Positions 30,426-43,544 of a stretch of 64,000 nt of DNA are shown in pieces. The stretch spans positions 43,090,001 to 43,154,000 of the forward strand of contig OZ024740.1 of the NCBI GenBank assembly GCA_964016885.1, given 5' to 3'. Every line of letters starts with the position of its first letter. Position 1 is the stretch's first letter. The notes under the pieces are model-generated. The model was not told the DNA's origin. It saw only the letters and a list, made by a program, of their open reading frames with translations, and did no database searches. The stretch comes from Eledone cirrhosa (lineage: Eukaryota). The position numbers and the translations under genes are program-made.

Positions 30426-30909
30426 AAAATTTCGCTCTACATGGCTGAATACAATAAATGTAATCTGAGTTCTTCGAATATTAATAATAACATTCGATTT
30501 GTTTGCAATTATGCAAACAAGCCTCAATTTTATAGCCATTTCAGTAGAATGAACACTCCATTATTGCTCTTGTGTTGGCATGCGAACAGAACTGCAGATA
30601 ATAATGTTTCTGGGTATCACCCTTCATCAGTACAGCTCACTGTTCACCTGCCAAACTATCAGAGCTAGTGCAAATATATGCTATTTTCAAAAATACACAG
30701 TGACTGATCGGCCCGATTTGCATATTAGCAGATCCACTGATCAGCCAGATTTGCATATCAGCAGACTGGCCAGTCAGTTTTCTGTATACGAGCTATAAAT
30801 GGCCAGCTTTGCCAAATTCAAATAAAAAAGAAAATTTCGCTCTACATGGCTGAATACAATAAATGTAATCTGAGTTTTTCGAATATTAATAATAACATTC
30901 GATTCGTTT
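30423..30909 (-). repeat. Retrozyme-like family B, ~1.2 units (405-bp period)
   Basis: AAGAAAATTTCGCTCTACATGG at 30423 and 30828. HHR at 30592-30635(-). Octamers at 30716-30723 and 30749-30756. Confidence 0.8.
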
Positions 30910-31367
30910 ATATTGTTTATAAGTTCACTTTTCCCGATGACTGAGTTATAATGTATAGATCAATTTATACATTGTTGAAAGATTCGTTGATTATGATGGA
31001 GAATTATTGTATAATTAATCCCTGATGAAATCCCAACATGAAATCCCAACATAGAAATACATCTAATCCACATAATTCCTTTTCCTGAATTCATGAAGGT
31101 ATTGTACATAAAGCAAAGGTGTTTATATCCTAATTTTCCTAGAGTACTGGTTAACATCTATAGATATATCATGCAGTACAGAATAGGATTTACATAAAAC
31201 ACAGTTAAATCACCAGTAACTTTCTAAACGAAAAGAGAAAGAATTATAATAATGTGAAATCTAATTAACTGCTGTTTATAAATTTTTGGTGGTTATTACG
31301 GATATAAATATACTGCCTGCAAATTCTTTCTCTGATGGGGCTACCACTATATATGGATAATGTTTAA

Positions 31368-31757
31368 TTTCGGCACAAGGTTAAAAATGTCCAAAGTGAA
31401 GAAGTCGATTACATTGACTGCAGTTTATGACTGTGACTTTCTTATAATGACCTCGGAAGGATGAAAAGCAAAGTTGATCTAAACAGCATTTAAACTCAGA
31501 ACTTAAAGGGCCAGACGTAAATGCCACAGATCATTTTGTCCCATACTCCAAGGATTCTGTTAATCCACTCTATATCAATAATTGTTTCTACTTTTGACAC
31601 AAGGCCAGCAATTACTCCAGTGTATTACTGGTACTTTTTTTTATTGACCCCGTAAGGATGAAAGGCAAAGTTAACCTCGGCGGGATTTGAACTCAGTCTG
31701 CAAAGGGACGTAACTATGCTAGAAAGCATGGCGTCCAACTCTCTACCGATACTACCT
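31368..31757 (-). mobile_element. Two adjacent tRNA-SINE copies (old 31368-31570, younger 31580-31757)
   Basis: AAGGATGAAAGGCAAAGTTAACCTCGGCGGGATTTGAACTC core. Confidence 0.75.
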
Positions 31758-32127
31758 GCGGTACCAAAGTATTTACTACGATATAAACTGATTTATCACT
31801 TTAGTACAAGACAAATAATTTGAAGAAGAATATAATCGATAGAATCGATTCCAATAAATTATTGGTTCTTGTGTCAATCATTTATTATCCAAAATTAATA
31901 CCTGCTTTAGCCAGATTTGAATTGAGAAGATCGAAATCAAATACTAAATGATTGAAGTAAAGATTATCGATAAATATCTTTACATATACAAAGTGCGTTA
32001 CATAAAGAATCTCCATGCGTAGGGGTGGGGCCAGAAATGATCCAAATGTCATTTGATTCTTCACCCCACTCTGTTTTGATCTACATTTCAAAGTATATAT
32101 TTTCAGCTTCTTTATCTATCTATCTAA

Positions 32128-32203
<76 letters not shown>

Positions 32204-32212
32204 CTATCTATG

Positions 32213-33473
32213 TATTAGCGTCCGTCACTTACTACCGCCTGACTGTCGTGCCTTGCCCTAAGGAAACACTCACCACCATGGAACGCATGCTCTTCCAATT
32301 TCTTTGGAAGAAGCGCCCTCCTATGGTGAGAAGATCCATCTGCTGCCAACAACCTTCGAAAGGAGGGCTGGGGATGCCGTGGTTGATGATGCGTAGGCAC
32401 GCATTAAGGCTACGGCACCTACAGGTATTCCTCACTGGTCAACCGGTGTGGGCTCCGTTCGTGAAACGAGCCTTTCCGAGACTCGTCTCGCTCACCGAGC
32501 TACAGTCCTGGGTCAAGCAAAGATCCGGAAAACTGGGAGACTGGCACACTGAGTGTGCTCAGGCGCTCAGGGCTCTCTGGCAAGCGGGCCAGGCCATCGG
32601 TGGAGAATCCACCTCACCATTCTATAGAGGGCTGGTGGCTAGCAGGGGCGATGACACCCTTGGAGAGTCGCTGGACATGGAAGAGGACGAACTGGCCAGC
32701 CTGTTCGGTAGGACTTTCGGCCCAGGACCAATGGACAACTTCCAGAAGTCACTGGCCTGGCAGTGCTACCGGGGGGCTCTATCCATTCGAGAGAGGCTCT
32801 ACAGACACGGGCGCCCGGGCAGGGATCCCTCAAAAAAGATTTGCCCTAGATGCGTGCGTCACGAAGAAACCGTTGCGCACGCATTGGTGCAATGTCCGGG
32901 CGTGGCTGATCTGTGGGGCTACGCCGAACGACTGCTGTCGCGGGTGGCGCCGATTAAATTGACCGCCGAGTCCGTGATGACAATCAAACCGCCTCCCCTC
33001 TTCACAGAGGAAGCAAAGGCGGTTTTTCTGTGCGTAATAGCCATGTTGAAAGAGGTTGTTTGGTGGACACGATTGAAAGGTCTGAGGTCAGGCAACTTCC
33101 TCTCTGGCCATAGTCTGGTCTACTTCTTCCGATATCACTTCGGAAGAAGGATAAGAATGGAGAGAGAGGTGCTTGGCCACAGGCAGTTTTATGAAAGGTG
33201 GGTGATAGTGGCGAGAATGGCTCGTGTAAGTGGGCCTTCTCTGTATACCATCCTGTAGGTAAAGAAGTAAAGGAGAGGGGAGCACCTTCTCCATGTGCTC
33301 CCCGGGCAAAGGATTGCACACTTTTTCGGCGGTGTGTGCAACCCCCATCACGTCCCCTCCCTTTTGAGGTTATTTTCGATTATTTTCATGTTACACCCTT
33401 TTTACTCGATTATATGTAAACTCCCCCTTTGTATTTGTCCCTTCTTTTTATGCCTTTATGGTAAATAAAGAAA
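32213..33473 (+). mobile_element. 5'-truncated Tx1/L1-clade LINE inserted in (TATC)n
   Basis: GC-rich island with AATAAA near its 3' end and TATC repeats on both sides. Confidence 0.85.
32248..33258 (+). CDS. C-terminus of LINE ORF2 (post-RT region + zf-RVT CCHC)
   Basis: FQFLW..KGGLGMP..LAWQCYRGAL..CPRC..EETVAHALVQC..LW. Open frame but 5'-truncated. Confidence 0.8.
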   Translation: MPCPKETLTTMERMLFQFLWKKRPPMVRRSICCQQPSKGGLGMPWLMMRRHALRLRHLQVFLTGQPVWAPFVKRAFPRLVSLTELQSWVKQRSGKLGDWHTECAQALRALWQAGQAIGGESTSPFYRGLVASRGDDTLGESLDMEEDELASLFGRTFGPGPMDNFQKSLAWQCYRGALSIRERLYRHGRPGRDPSKKICPRCVRHEETVAHALVQCPGVADLWGYAERLLSRVAPIKLTAESVMTIKPPPLFTEEAKAVFLCVIAMLKEVVWWTRLKGLRSGNFLSGHSLVYFFRYHFGRRIRMEREVLGHRQFYERWVIVARMARVSGPSLYTIL

Positions 33474-33491
33474 TATATCTATCTATCTATG

Positions 33492-33523
<32 letters not shown>

Positions 33524-33609
33524 AATAAAGCAAACTAATTATCAATGCATCTATATTGTCATTCGCATTTTCGATCTAGGATTAAATTCCTGATATGTAT
33601 GTATGTATG

Positions 33610-33643
<34 letters not shown>

Positions 33644-33699
33644 TGTATGTATGTATGTATGTATGTATGTATGTATGTATGTATGTATGCATACATCAT

Positions 33700-35010
33700 A
33701 TTTTTGGAAACAAATCCGTATAGGACATGGTAAGAAGTATGGCTCTGTACACTCTGATCTTGGTACCCTTCTTCGGGTGTTGTTCCGATTGTAAATCTGT
33801 TAAATACACTGTTAATGTTTGCTAGGCTGTTATCGGTTGGCCTGTCGATCTTGGCATCTAGCTTGATGGTGTATCCCAGGTAGGTGAAGTGATTGACCAT
33901 TTTCAAATCTATCTCGCCAATTGTGATGTGGGGAGGGTGGTAATCTTCCCGAGGTGCGGTTAGTGGAGTCTCCCTGTTTTTTTTAAGCGGACCTCTAGTC
34001 CAAAGAGCTGGGCAGCTTCTACGAAGCAGGACTTGATGTGTTTCAAGGAACTTTCTGTGTGGGCAGCAACGGCAACATCATCGATGAAGAAGAAGTCTCG
34101 GATCCGTTGCTCAAGCATTTTCGTGTGGGCCTGTAGTCATCGAAGATTAAACGGGCAGCTGCCATCAAAAGTTTTAATCGTGATTTTAGCGTGATTGAAT
34201 ATCTTGCTAAAGAGAGTCGGTGCCAGGAAGCAACCCTGCTTCACTCTCTTGATGATCCGGATGGGTTCTAGTATGTCACAGTTGAGTCTAATGCAACCAC
34301 GCTGGTCTTGGTCCAGCTGGATAACTATGTTTAGCAAGCTTGTGTGTGCCGGGTCGTCCAATGATCTTCAGCATACCTTTTCTACTCAATGTTTCGAATG
34401 CTTTAATCAGGTCAACGTGCGTCATATCCACCACATACATCCATTTGTTTGGCTCACGGGACTTCTCTTGGAGCTGCCTGAGAGCAAACACCATGTATGT
34501 ATGGATCTTGTTGGCGCTGAAGCTACACTGACTCATTGAGAGGTGTTCTTCAGCAATAGTGAGTACCAGTCTATTAAGTAGAATCCTTGCGAGGATTGTA
34601 CCTGCAATGAAAACCAGTATAATCCCCCGGTAATTTGAGCAGCCTGACTTTTCCAAATCTCAGCTGAAATTCCATCGACATTTGCTCAATGGATTGGGTG
34701 GTCTCTTCAACGCGACGAAACTCACCTAGTTTCGATTTTACGGATTTTGTTGGAATGCAGAGAATTGCTGTTTCCTGGACAGTGTGGTTATCACCAAAGG
34801 GGGACTGGAAATGTCCTGAACAACGGCTGAGGAGCACCTGGCCGTTTACACTGTGAAAAGGATACAGGACGTGATACATAGTGACGTACATCACCTTTAG
34901 GGGTACGCAGAAGCCCCTGATGCCTTTGTTGTCTGCACACATGTGAGTTCTCTCAGTGAAGCTGCTCCACCATTCGTTCTATATTTCTCGAAGCTTGCGC
35001 TATTGGTTTC
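33700..35010 (-). mobile_element. RTE-clade LINE RT fragment (degenerate)
   Basis: NYRGI, DLIKAF, VKQGCFLAPTLF, FIDD, VNHFTYLG. Confidence 0.85.
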
Positions 35011-35997
35011 TGCATATCTGGCAACTACATTCAAATAGTAAGCAACTCTCCTCTCTAGCCTAACTTCAACCCCTACCTATCTTCAATGAAAACACAATTA
35101 TATATACACGTTTACAAGCTTCGAATAAAAATCAAAAATTGATACCGGTAGAACCACTTTCACGAGGATAAAAACAATCCAGGCCTCCTTTTAGAGAATG
35201 AGTGTTTCAGCTGTTCCCCAGAACATTGTTCGTGACGAATTAAGAACAATGCACTATGTACTAATATACATATTACACTTACATGTTTTATTTGTATTGA
35301 TTTTGATAAATAAATTATAAATAACAGCCTATCAACTGTATTGCAGATTAACATAAAACAGGGGAAATCACTACTCCCTCACCTCACCTAATTTCTCGCC
35401 CGCTGACGTTCCGCACTGAACGTAATAACCCTTTTGAGTTCTTGAGTTTGAGATACCTGGCCTATACTGTGATATATAGCAAAATGCAGTGTAGTGTATA
35501 CTCTAAGGTTTGTTCTGAGAAGCGTTAGAGTTAAGCAAGATAAAATTACATAAACATTGATTATATATTTTTGTTGTAATGCAATATTTATCTGAACCAC
35601 GGTTTTCTTAAATGTTACGCTGTTACATTGCGTTTGTGGTATTCGTTCCGGTTCGCTGCATTCTGAATTCAAACCCTAAGGAAACCAATTTTCATTCTTT
35701 CATGGTTGATAAAGTACCAGTCCTGCTCTGGAGTCAATTATTCTTATTCTATCCGACCCCTTTTCTCTCTTTCCCCTACCACCATCTCTCTCTCTCTCCC
35801 ATCTCTCCCTCTCTCTCTAAAAAAAAGTCATTTGGTAGATAGACAGAGGGAAAAAGAGACACTTGATCATACATAGAGTTAGACAAACAGACATACTGCT
35901 TGACGTACATTTAGATAGATAACATGACTAACAAAAATCACGCTACAACAAATACAAAAAACAATCCACTAGAATATAATAAAATGAAGAAAAGTTA

Positions 35998-36190
35998 ACC
36001 GGTGAATTGGCAGTATCGGTAGAGGGTCGGACATCCTTTCCATTCCAGCATAGTTACGTTCCTTTACGATCTGAGTTCAAATCCCGCCGAGGTTAACTTT
36101 GCCTTTCATCCTTACGACGTCCATAAAATAAAGTGCCAGTAATGTACCGGATAATTGCTGGCCTTGTGCCAAAAGTAGAAACAATTATCA
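35998..36190 (+). mobile_element. tRNA-derived SINE
   Basis: Same family as 20362 and 44849. Confidence 0.85.
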
Positions 36191-36528
36191 TTCAATTTTG
36201 ATATTTAAGATGAAAATGTCTATATACATTTTGGTGTCTGATGAAGATATCTATTTAACGTCATGTCAACAACATCACCTTCGCTTTATTCTGAACTAAT
36301 TATTTATAAATGCGTCACAAATTTTCGTAACATTTAAGAAAAAATAGAAAAGATATGCCCTAAATTTACTATGGAAAATATTAAATGAATCATACCACGG
36401 GAATTTCAAAATAAGATTTTTAATGATATCAAGTCAATAATTAAAAACAAATGTATTACATTATAAATATATCAGTCATTGTACAATGGAGAAAAATATA
36501 TAAATATTCTGTGTGAACACGCGTCAAT

Positions 36529-36720
36529 ATCGCTTCTCGGCCTTTTGGCTAAGATCAAAGTGTAGTATCTGTTCTTATCAGCTTAATATCTGATACGGCC
36601 CTTATTTGGGACCATCGATGTTAAACTGATTTTTAGAATTAGGCGAAGAGTTAGGGGCTTGCTCCGCCTCTGTCACGGGTTGTCCTGGTATTGCAGTACT
36701 TCCAGCATTCAACCCATCTC
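36529..36720 (+). ncRNA. U2: U2 spliceosomal snRNA (full length; gene or recent pseudogene)
   Basis: ATCGCTTCTCGGCCTTTTGGCTAAGATCAAAGTGTAGTATCTGTTCTTATCAG, Sm-like ATTTTTAG, stem IV loop ATTGCAGT. Confidence 0.93.
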
Positions 36721-37170
36721 CCAACTCGGAGATAAAATCGATCCAAAAGTAGATTTAATAATTGACGATATTTACCGTTTATAGTTTAATTCTTTTATGT
36801 TTTTTCCTTACTGGGTCGATAAAAAAAATACGTATAACACATGTTTGATTCAATCGACTTCCCACCGTCCCTTTAAATTGCTCGTCTGTGCCCCAGATAG
36901 ATATTTTATTTTTAGGAAGTTTCCTCACAGACAATCTTTTGCCATGAGTTGCTTTCTGTGGCAACCATCAACACTCTTTTCTGTCGGCCTCGTAAATATC
37001 CATGGGTCGCTACTATTCAAGACATTCTGCAACAAGGGTAAACAATGAGAATTACGGGTACAAAATTCTAACAGCTTCTGCCAAACCATTTTTACTCTAC
37101 CCAACAGAGGGAAACACAAAGTGGTATTTTAACCAGCTAGAAACAGTAGTTAAATTTCCTCCAAATCACA

Positions 37171-37451
37171 CCATACAGTACTTTATTTAAAAAGAGACAA
37201 CACATTATCATTATAGTTCTAGATATATAAAAATATGGGGTGGTCATGTCTGGAACATTTTAATAATAAGTACATTTTATTAGGTTGACCACGGTTAAAA
37301 AAGAAAAATAGCCACCATACAGTACTTTATTTAAAAAGAGACAACACATTATCATTATAGTTCTAGATATATAAAAATATGGGGTGGTCATGTCTGGAAC
37401 ATTTTAATAATAAGTACATTTTATTAGGTTGACCACGGTTAAAAAAGAAAA
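37171..37451. repeat. Near-exact tandem duplication (~144 bp x2)
   Basis: CCATACAGTACTTTATTTAAAAAGAG at 37171 and 37315. Confidence 0.9.
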
Positions 37452-38082
37452 TTAGCTACATTTGAAAGTTTTGGTTGATTTGAAGCTTTAGTTAAAGACA
37501 CATGTCCAAAAACTGAATATGGTGATCAAACCCGGTATCCTGTGGTTAACAGGTAAAAAATGAACTTTTTTTTGTTTGCTCTATCTGCTGGAAATAACAG
37601 CTTAACAAAATCACCCCCAATGATGGATATTTTACGCAACTAAAATATATATTAGTGATGTAGTATTGGACACATTGATTGAAAATACGATGGGATGGTC
37701 ATGGTTGGAAGCCTAATCCTAGAATTGCTTCATCAAATATGATCTGGTGCTATACAAGTAAACAATAGTTTTTACAGTGCTACTAAGAGGTGGGCTAGAT
37801 ACGTGATGAAGAGTGACATCCCTTACCTTCTGTTTATGATGACGAAATATGGTAGATTTACTGGGAAAATTTTATTACAAATTAATTAAAATTAAAATAT
37901 TTATACAAACAAAATAATTTTAAAAAGTCCGTATTAAAAATGACACATAGTATAAATTCTAATTAGTCTATCAGTATAAAATAACGTGACTAATTAAATA
38001 TGGACGCGATATACTTTACACAGATCAGTGGGTGTAGAATTATAAAATGTGTATATAAGGTGAGAAGAATAGTTGTAAAGCT

Positions 38083-38255
38083 ATCGCTTCTCGGCCTTTT
38101 GGCTAATATCACAGTGTAGTATCTGTTCTTATCAGCTTAATATCTGATATGGTTCCTATATGGGACCATCGATATTAAAATGATTTTTAGAACTAGGTGA
38201 AGACTTTGCCATGGGTTGTTTTGGTATTGCAGTATTTCCAGGATTCAGCCCATCT
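38083..38255 (+). pseudogene. U2: U2 snRNA pseudogene (substitutions, stem III deletion)
   Basis: Same 5' sequence with changes; lacks the GGGGCTTGCTCC segment. Confidence 0.85.
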
Positions 38256-38709
38256 CCCACACATTAGAGATACAATGAATCTAATATCAGATTTAATAGT
38301 TTGTTTTATTTCCGGCTTATAGTTGATATCTTTTAATTTCTGTATTCGAATCGCATCGAAGTCAGTTTTTTCCTAACTGGATGGATTACCAATAACACAG
38401 ATTCGATTCAATCGATTTCCCACTTCCCTGTAAATTGCACGTCTTGTGCCAAAAGTAAGAAAAAATATTTCAGTACACTTTAAGGTTCGTTCATAGATCA
38501 GGTCTTTCGTATTGTATTTTATATGCTGAAGGAATATATTCCACATTGTACAAATGATGTAGTACACAGAGCGACATTGAATAGAATAACGTATTAGGCT
38601 GTTTTTTCTGGTTGTCTCATTAATACGTTCGTTTTTACTATGTTTCAAATCAAAGTGCTTTTCAATTTATTCAGAAAGTAATTAAGAGTGTAGAGTAATT
38701 TAATAACAT

Positions 38710-38785
38710 AACTAGGCAAAGATTTAGGGGCTTGCTTCGGGTTGAACTGGTATTGCAGTACGTCCAGGATTCAGCCCACCTTCCA
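38710..38785 (+). pseudogene. U2: U2 snRNA 3' half fragment
   Basis: TAGGGGCTTGCTTC..CTGGTATTGCAGTACGTCCAGG plus the same 3' flank as the other copies. Confidence 0.7.
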
Positions 38786-39872
38786 CCTAGGAGATAGAAT
38801 TAATCTAAAAGCAGATTTAATAATTGACTATATTTGCGGTTTATAGGGTCGATAAAATATACTTCGAATAACGCACATTCGATTCAATCGACTTCCCACT
38901 TCTCTTTCAATTGACAATGAGAATGTGTCAACAATAAAAATAATAATTAACTACTCTTAAAGTTTCGTTCATAGACCATGTCTTTCGAATTAATATTTTA
39001 TATGATGATGGAATATTTTCCACGTTGTACAAATAATGTAGCAATAACATTATTGAAGCTTTTAGTAATATTCTATGTTTTACTGTACTTTTTATTTTAT
39101 CTTTATTATATAATTAAACTTTAAATCATATTTTTGACTAATATGATTACATTCATGCATTGCATTAGTATAGGAGGTTAACATGGGTTTTAGTAATATT
39201 TGTTTCCCTTTTCGTATATTTCCCTGTTTATATTACAAATACTGTATTGGTTTTATGTTTTGAACTGATAAATAATAAAAATAATGGTGAATTTCAACGT
39301 TTTATTATTTTCTAATATCGAGAGTGATATTATCGGTAATGAAATTGAATGGCCTATCAAATTAGCGGAGTCAAAATACCTAGAACCGGTCTCCAATTGA
39401 AGATAGATTTCCTCTCGATCATGTTAATTTACAGCACGTCTGCTGTAACTAAGTAAACACATTATGGTGCGATTGATGATTTGGTGCTTTTGAAGTAAAT
39501 ATTTATGTATAACCTAAAAGACATTACTTGTTATAGCACCAAAGATAGCTATAGAACGTGGATTGGCAGAATAAACTGTATCTTTATGTCTCCATAATAG
39601 AAGAAAACATAATATAAAATATATCTGTACCTATGCATTCGGTATTTCTGTATATGTTCCATTAAAATTATTATTCTAACAGAAAATATCTGATTGAATT
39701 TGTATTACCGATTTCATTTTCCGCATAACTAGCATGTTGCTCCGCATGTGTCTTCGCTTGAAGTTGCATACATAATATTGGGAAGAAAACTCCCTAGATA
39801 GTGTAAATATTCAGTGGAAAAAAGACCCACCGATGAAGCAATATTTTAACCTCATCTAGTAATCACTAATAA

Positions 39873-40010
39873 AGGCGGCGAATTGGTAGAGTCGCTAGAA
39901 CGTTGGATTGAATATTTTGGGATATACGTTCCGGCTCTCTTCTCCCTTAGTTGAAATCCCATTCGTGGTCAGTCAATAAAAAAGTACCAGTATAATACTG
40001 GAGTCGATTC
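39873..40010 (+). mobile_element. Diverged tRNA-SINE
   Basis: GGCGGCGAATTGGTAGAGTCG..AATAAAAAAGTACCAG. Confidence 0.55.
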
Positions 40011-41274
40011 TTCCTCTATGTCTCTTTCTCACTTCCTCTCTCTCACTCTCTATCCTCTCTGAAAGAAAGTTGCTTTATTCAGGCCTGGAGAAGGACGGGG
40101 CCCGTTAGGCTTAAAACGCACAAGAACCGTTCTATGCCATTACGGTGCCCCTATGACTCCACCAGGAATTATGGGATAAAGGAAAGAAGTAATCACCGTT
40201 ATTCCTTAAACTAATGAGTAATCATTAGCACAAATATCAAATGTGAACCTTCTAACCTCAGTAGTTTCTGATATACTCAATCAATCCGATCGTTAACGTA
40301 AACAGCAAGGGCAGCTAATATTGTGTTGATGCAGCTAGTTAATTATGGACCTTGAGACTAGTGGCTGTTTAAAGATAAGGAAACTGAAATAAACGTTGTG
40401 TAAATGTCTGCAATAGCAAGTATTATGTTTTCTAACATGTAGTTTAGAAAGTATTTGTTTAGTATTACTGAGTTATAATTTTGCTAAAATATTCAATTAT
40501 ATTTTGCAATCAAGAGAATTATAAAGGAATAAATTTTTCTGAGATTGTTGATATTTGACTGAACCTGGAAAATGTAACAATTTAACAAATAAATAACGAT
40601 TTCTAAGATAAAATAAAAAAATATATATATATTTCTTACAAGAAAATTGAATAAGGAAATCAAATTATAACTCGTATTGACATTCTACCGTAACATATAA
40701 CACATTTCTCTCCATGTCAAACTGTGGAGGATTTTTATACTACTAAATTTGATTTGAAATTCGGATTTGAATTTTAAAGATTTTTGAATGAATATTTTTA
40801 CAGAAATTACTCGTCATACAAGAAATTGCTTAGAGATATGGAAGGCTATAATAACTTTTATGATCATTATAATGCTCTGCAATTTACTGCCATATGAAAA
40901 TTATAATAACTATAATTCTTCAAATGTCCGCTTTCTATATTGAAATTTCCCGTCGGATAAATCGATATAGTGTCATTTTACTAGGTAAAATATCAGCGGA
41001 TAATATTCAATCAGATCTGATAGAGCAGCGATATCATGAATTTCAGGATTTGAGCTGCAAACATCTAATTAATGAAACCCTATCAACTAATACCTCTCCA
41101 CATCGCTTTTAACGAAGTAATTTAAAGTCATAAATACACCACAAAACGCTGATACAGTTAGACAACATTTCCTCCAATCAAGCGGTAATGCGACAGTTGA
41201 TGACTCGGTCGTCTTCATAGTAATTCATTTACAAGCATTGCAATGAACACATTTACGTTCTTACTAATATTGGC

Positions 41275-41482
41275 TTCTGATTTTAGCACAAGGCCAACAA
41301 TCATTTTGGAGGGGAAAGTTTATTAAATCGACCCCAGTTACGGGTACATTATTTCATCGACCTCGTAAGGATGAAAGGCAAAGCTAAGCTCGACAGGATT
41401 TGAAATCAGATCGTAAAGGGACGTAAATCTATGCCATAAAGCATCTTGTCCGACGCTCTACTGATACTGCCAATCCACCGTC
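41275..41482 (-). mobile_element. tRNA-derived SINE
   Basis: Reverse complement of the family consensus. Confidence 0.8.
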
Positions 41483-42854
41483 CTGGCGTTCTTACTAATA
41501 TTAAAACAAAAAGTCGCTTTAAACAAACAACGTAGTGAATTATAATATACTTGACGCATGAACAAAATTGTGAAAACGATCGTTGTGATTCTCAAAGCAC
41601 TAACTAGTTACATCAGTTTGTTGATTTATGGCAATGCTTTATTTGTCAAAACTATACTTTATACAGACAGGACCTTATCGTTCCAATGTTATTGGAGAAC
41701 ATTTTGCAATCTCTATGAACTTACTAGAAATAAGAGTCAACGTTTATCTAAAACAATACTATAACGTCTTAAACGAAATGATATCAAATACTACATTGGA
41801 TATCATAGTATTGCATACGTGATACGAGTAAAAGAACCAAATCGCAACGGTCACGAATAGAACGTGTTTGATAATAGTCTTCTCTCTCAGAGCCAAACAT
41901 AAACTGCAACATTTTAAGCAGCTATATAAGACGCTGGATCATCGGTATAAAAGCAATGAAAATAATCTGTTTCCGCCACTGCCAATGATAGATAGAGAAC
42001 ACTGAAGATCAAAATTATTGCGGCAACTGAGAAATCAGGGACAGAATATAACACGTGTACTTCTGTAAGGGAAAGTTGAAATTACTGCAGTCATTATCTC
42101 ACAGAACTATCCCATATAATCCATCTTTTAAACAAAATAGTAAATAAATGAGTCAGTGAAACTGTTGAAAGCCCCTCGACTTGCAATAATGAGTAGCTAA
42201 ATTCCTCTTAAATTCTACATTACTATCGCACCAAAATGATGGCATTAGTGTAATACTTAATAGCCCAGTGCATCCGGTAATATATATCTGAAAATATATA
42301 GTGGTTTTAATCCTCGCCCAAAACCGTTTTCTTTCATATACAACTTAATTCGCCGAGAAAACAAATTAATACGGCTAGTTGTCAGGAATAATGGAGGAGA
42401 GACGTAAATACATTAAAACATTAACTTTAATCTGTTTTCATTCTACCAAAATATAGAAAACATTGATAACCTCTGTATATAACGATTACCACTGTCAATA
42501 TCTCAGACTATACAAACAAAAGATAACGAGTTTTTCATGTGTTTATATGTCGTGAATATTTCCAGAACTTATAAACTAAACCTTTCCGATTTATGTTTAC
42601 AAATATTCGTTCTTGGCATAAACTGATCATTTTGTCAAGAAATATTCTGTTATATGGTTTCTACAAGATCGTGTTAAAGGTTGCATGTAATATAGTATAT
42701 GTCATGAACAGGTTATTTATTAGAAAATGAGGTTGACGTTGAACAGTTTCTTCATGTGGCGATATACCGAATAAGGATGATAACAAAACGTTAAGATGTA
42801 GGTTGACCTCAGTCTGTTGGCTTGAAGATGAAGAAGAAATAGAAATATACATAT

Positions 42855-43139
42855 ACTCAGAGCTGTACGGGAGCCTCCCAAAAGTCAGCTCGAGAGTAGC
42901 CCAGGGGAGACTAAGGTTAGCTGGACATGCTCACCGACATCCAGAGTTGATACTGCACTCAGTGCTCCTGTGGGAGCCCCAGCATGGACACACTGGAAGA
43001 GGAAGACCAAGGTTAACGTATGTTGATGCCCTAAGGACAGATACTGGTCTGTTGGAGACGCAGGACACGGCAGCGATAATGAGGGACAGAGACCGCTGGA
43101 GAGAACTCGTCCATGGATCTCGGGAATTTTACCCGCCCT

Positions 43140-43141
<2 letters not shown>
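42855..43141 (+). mobile_element. RTE-type LINE 3' end
   Basis: ELYGSLPKVS..RLRLAGHAHRH..VLLWEP..RGRPRLTYVD..MRDRDRWR, followed by (TA)n(GA)n. Confidence 0.8.
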
Positions 43142-43179
<38 letters not shown>

Positions 43180-43184
43180 AGAGA

Positions 43185-43274
<90 letters not shown>

Positions 43275-43307
43275 GAGCGATAGACATTCTCATATATATA
43301 TATATAT

Positions 43308-43425
43308 AATTGTTTCTACTTTTGGCACACGGCCAGCAATTACTCAGTGAATTACTGGTACTTTATTTTATCGACCCCTTAAGGATGAAAGGCAAAGTTA
43401 ACCTCGGCGGAATTTGAACTCAGAT
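43308..43425 (-). mobile_element. tRNA-SINE 3' part
   Basis: Family core and tail. Confidence 0.75.
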
Positions 43426-43544
43426 GTGTGTGTGTATGTAAGGCATATTGTGCATATATCTCATAATATACAGGAAGAGAGAGTGGAAGGAGAAAAGTGA
43501 GGTAGACTCTACACTCCTCCAGTCTACGCAACATATCTTACTCG

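Noticed and set aside
36925-37145. Possible exon or transposase scrap downstream of U2
   Set aside because: Stops in candidate frames and no motif I can assign
36529-38785. U2-targeting retrotransposon (Utopia/Keno)
   Set aside because: The U2 copies are not interrupted at the 5' target region and have no adjacent RT
39000-42800. Host exons in the repeat-poor AT-rich stretch
   Set aside because: Only short ORFs without recognisable motifs or consistent splice phases
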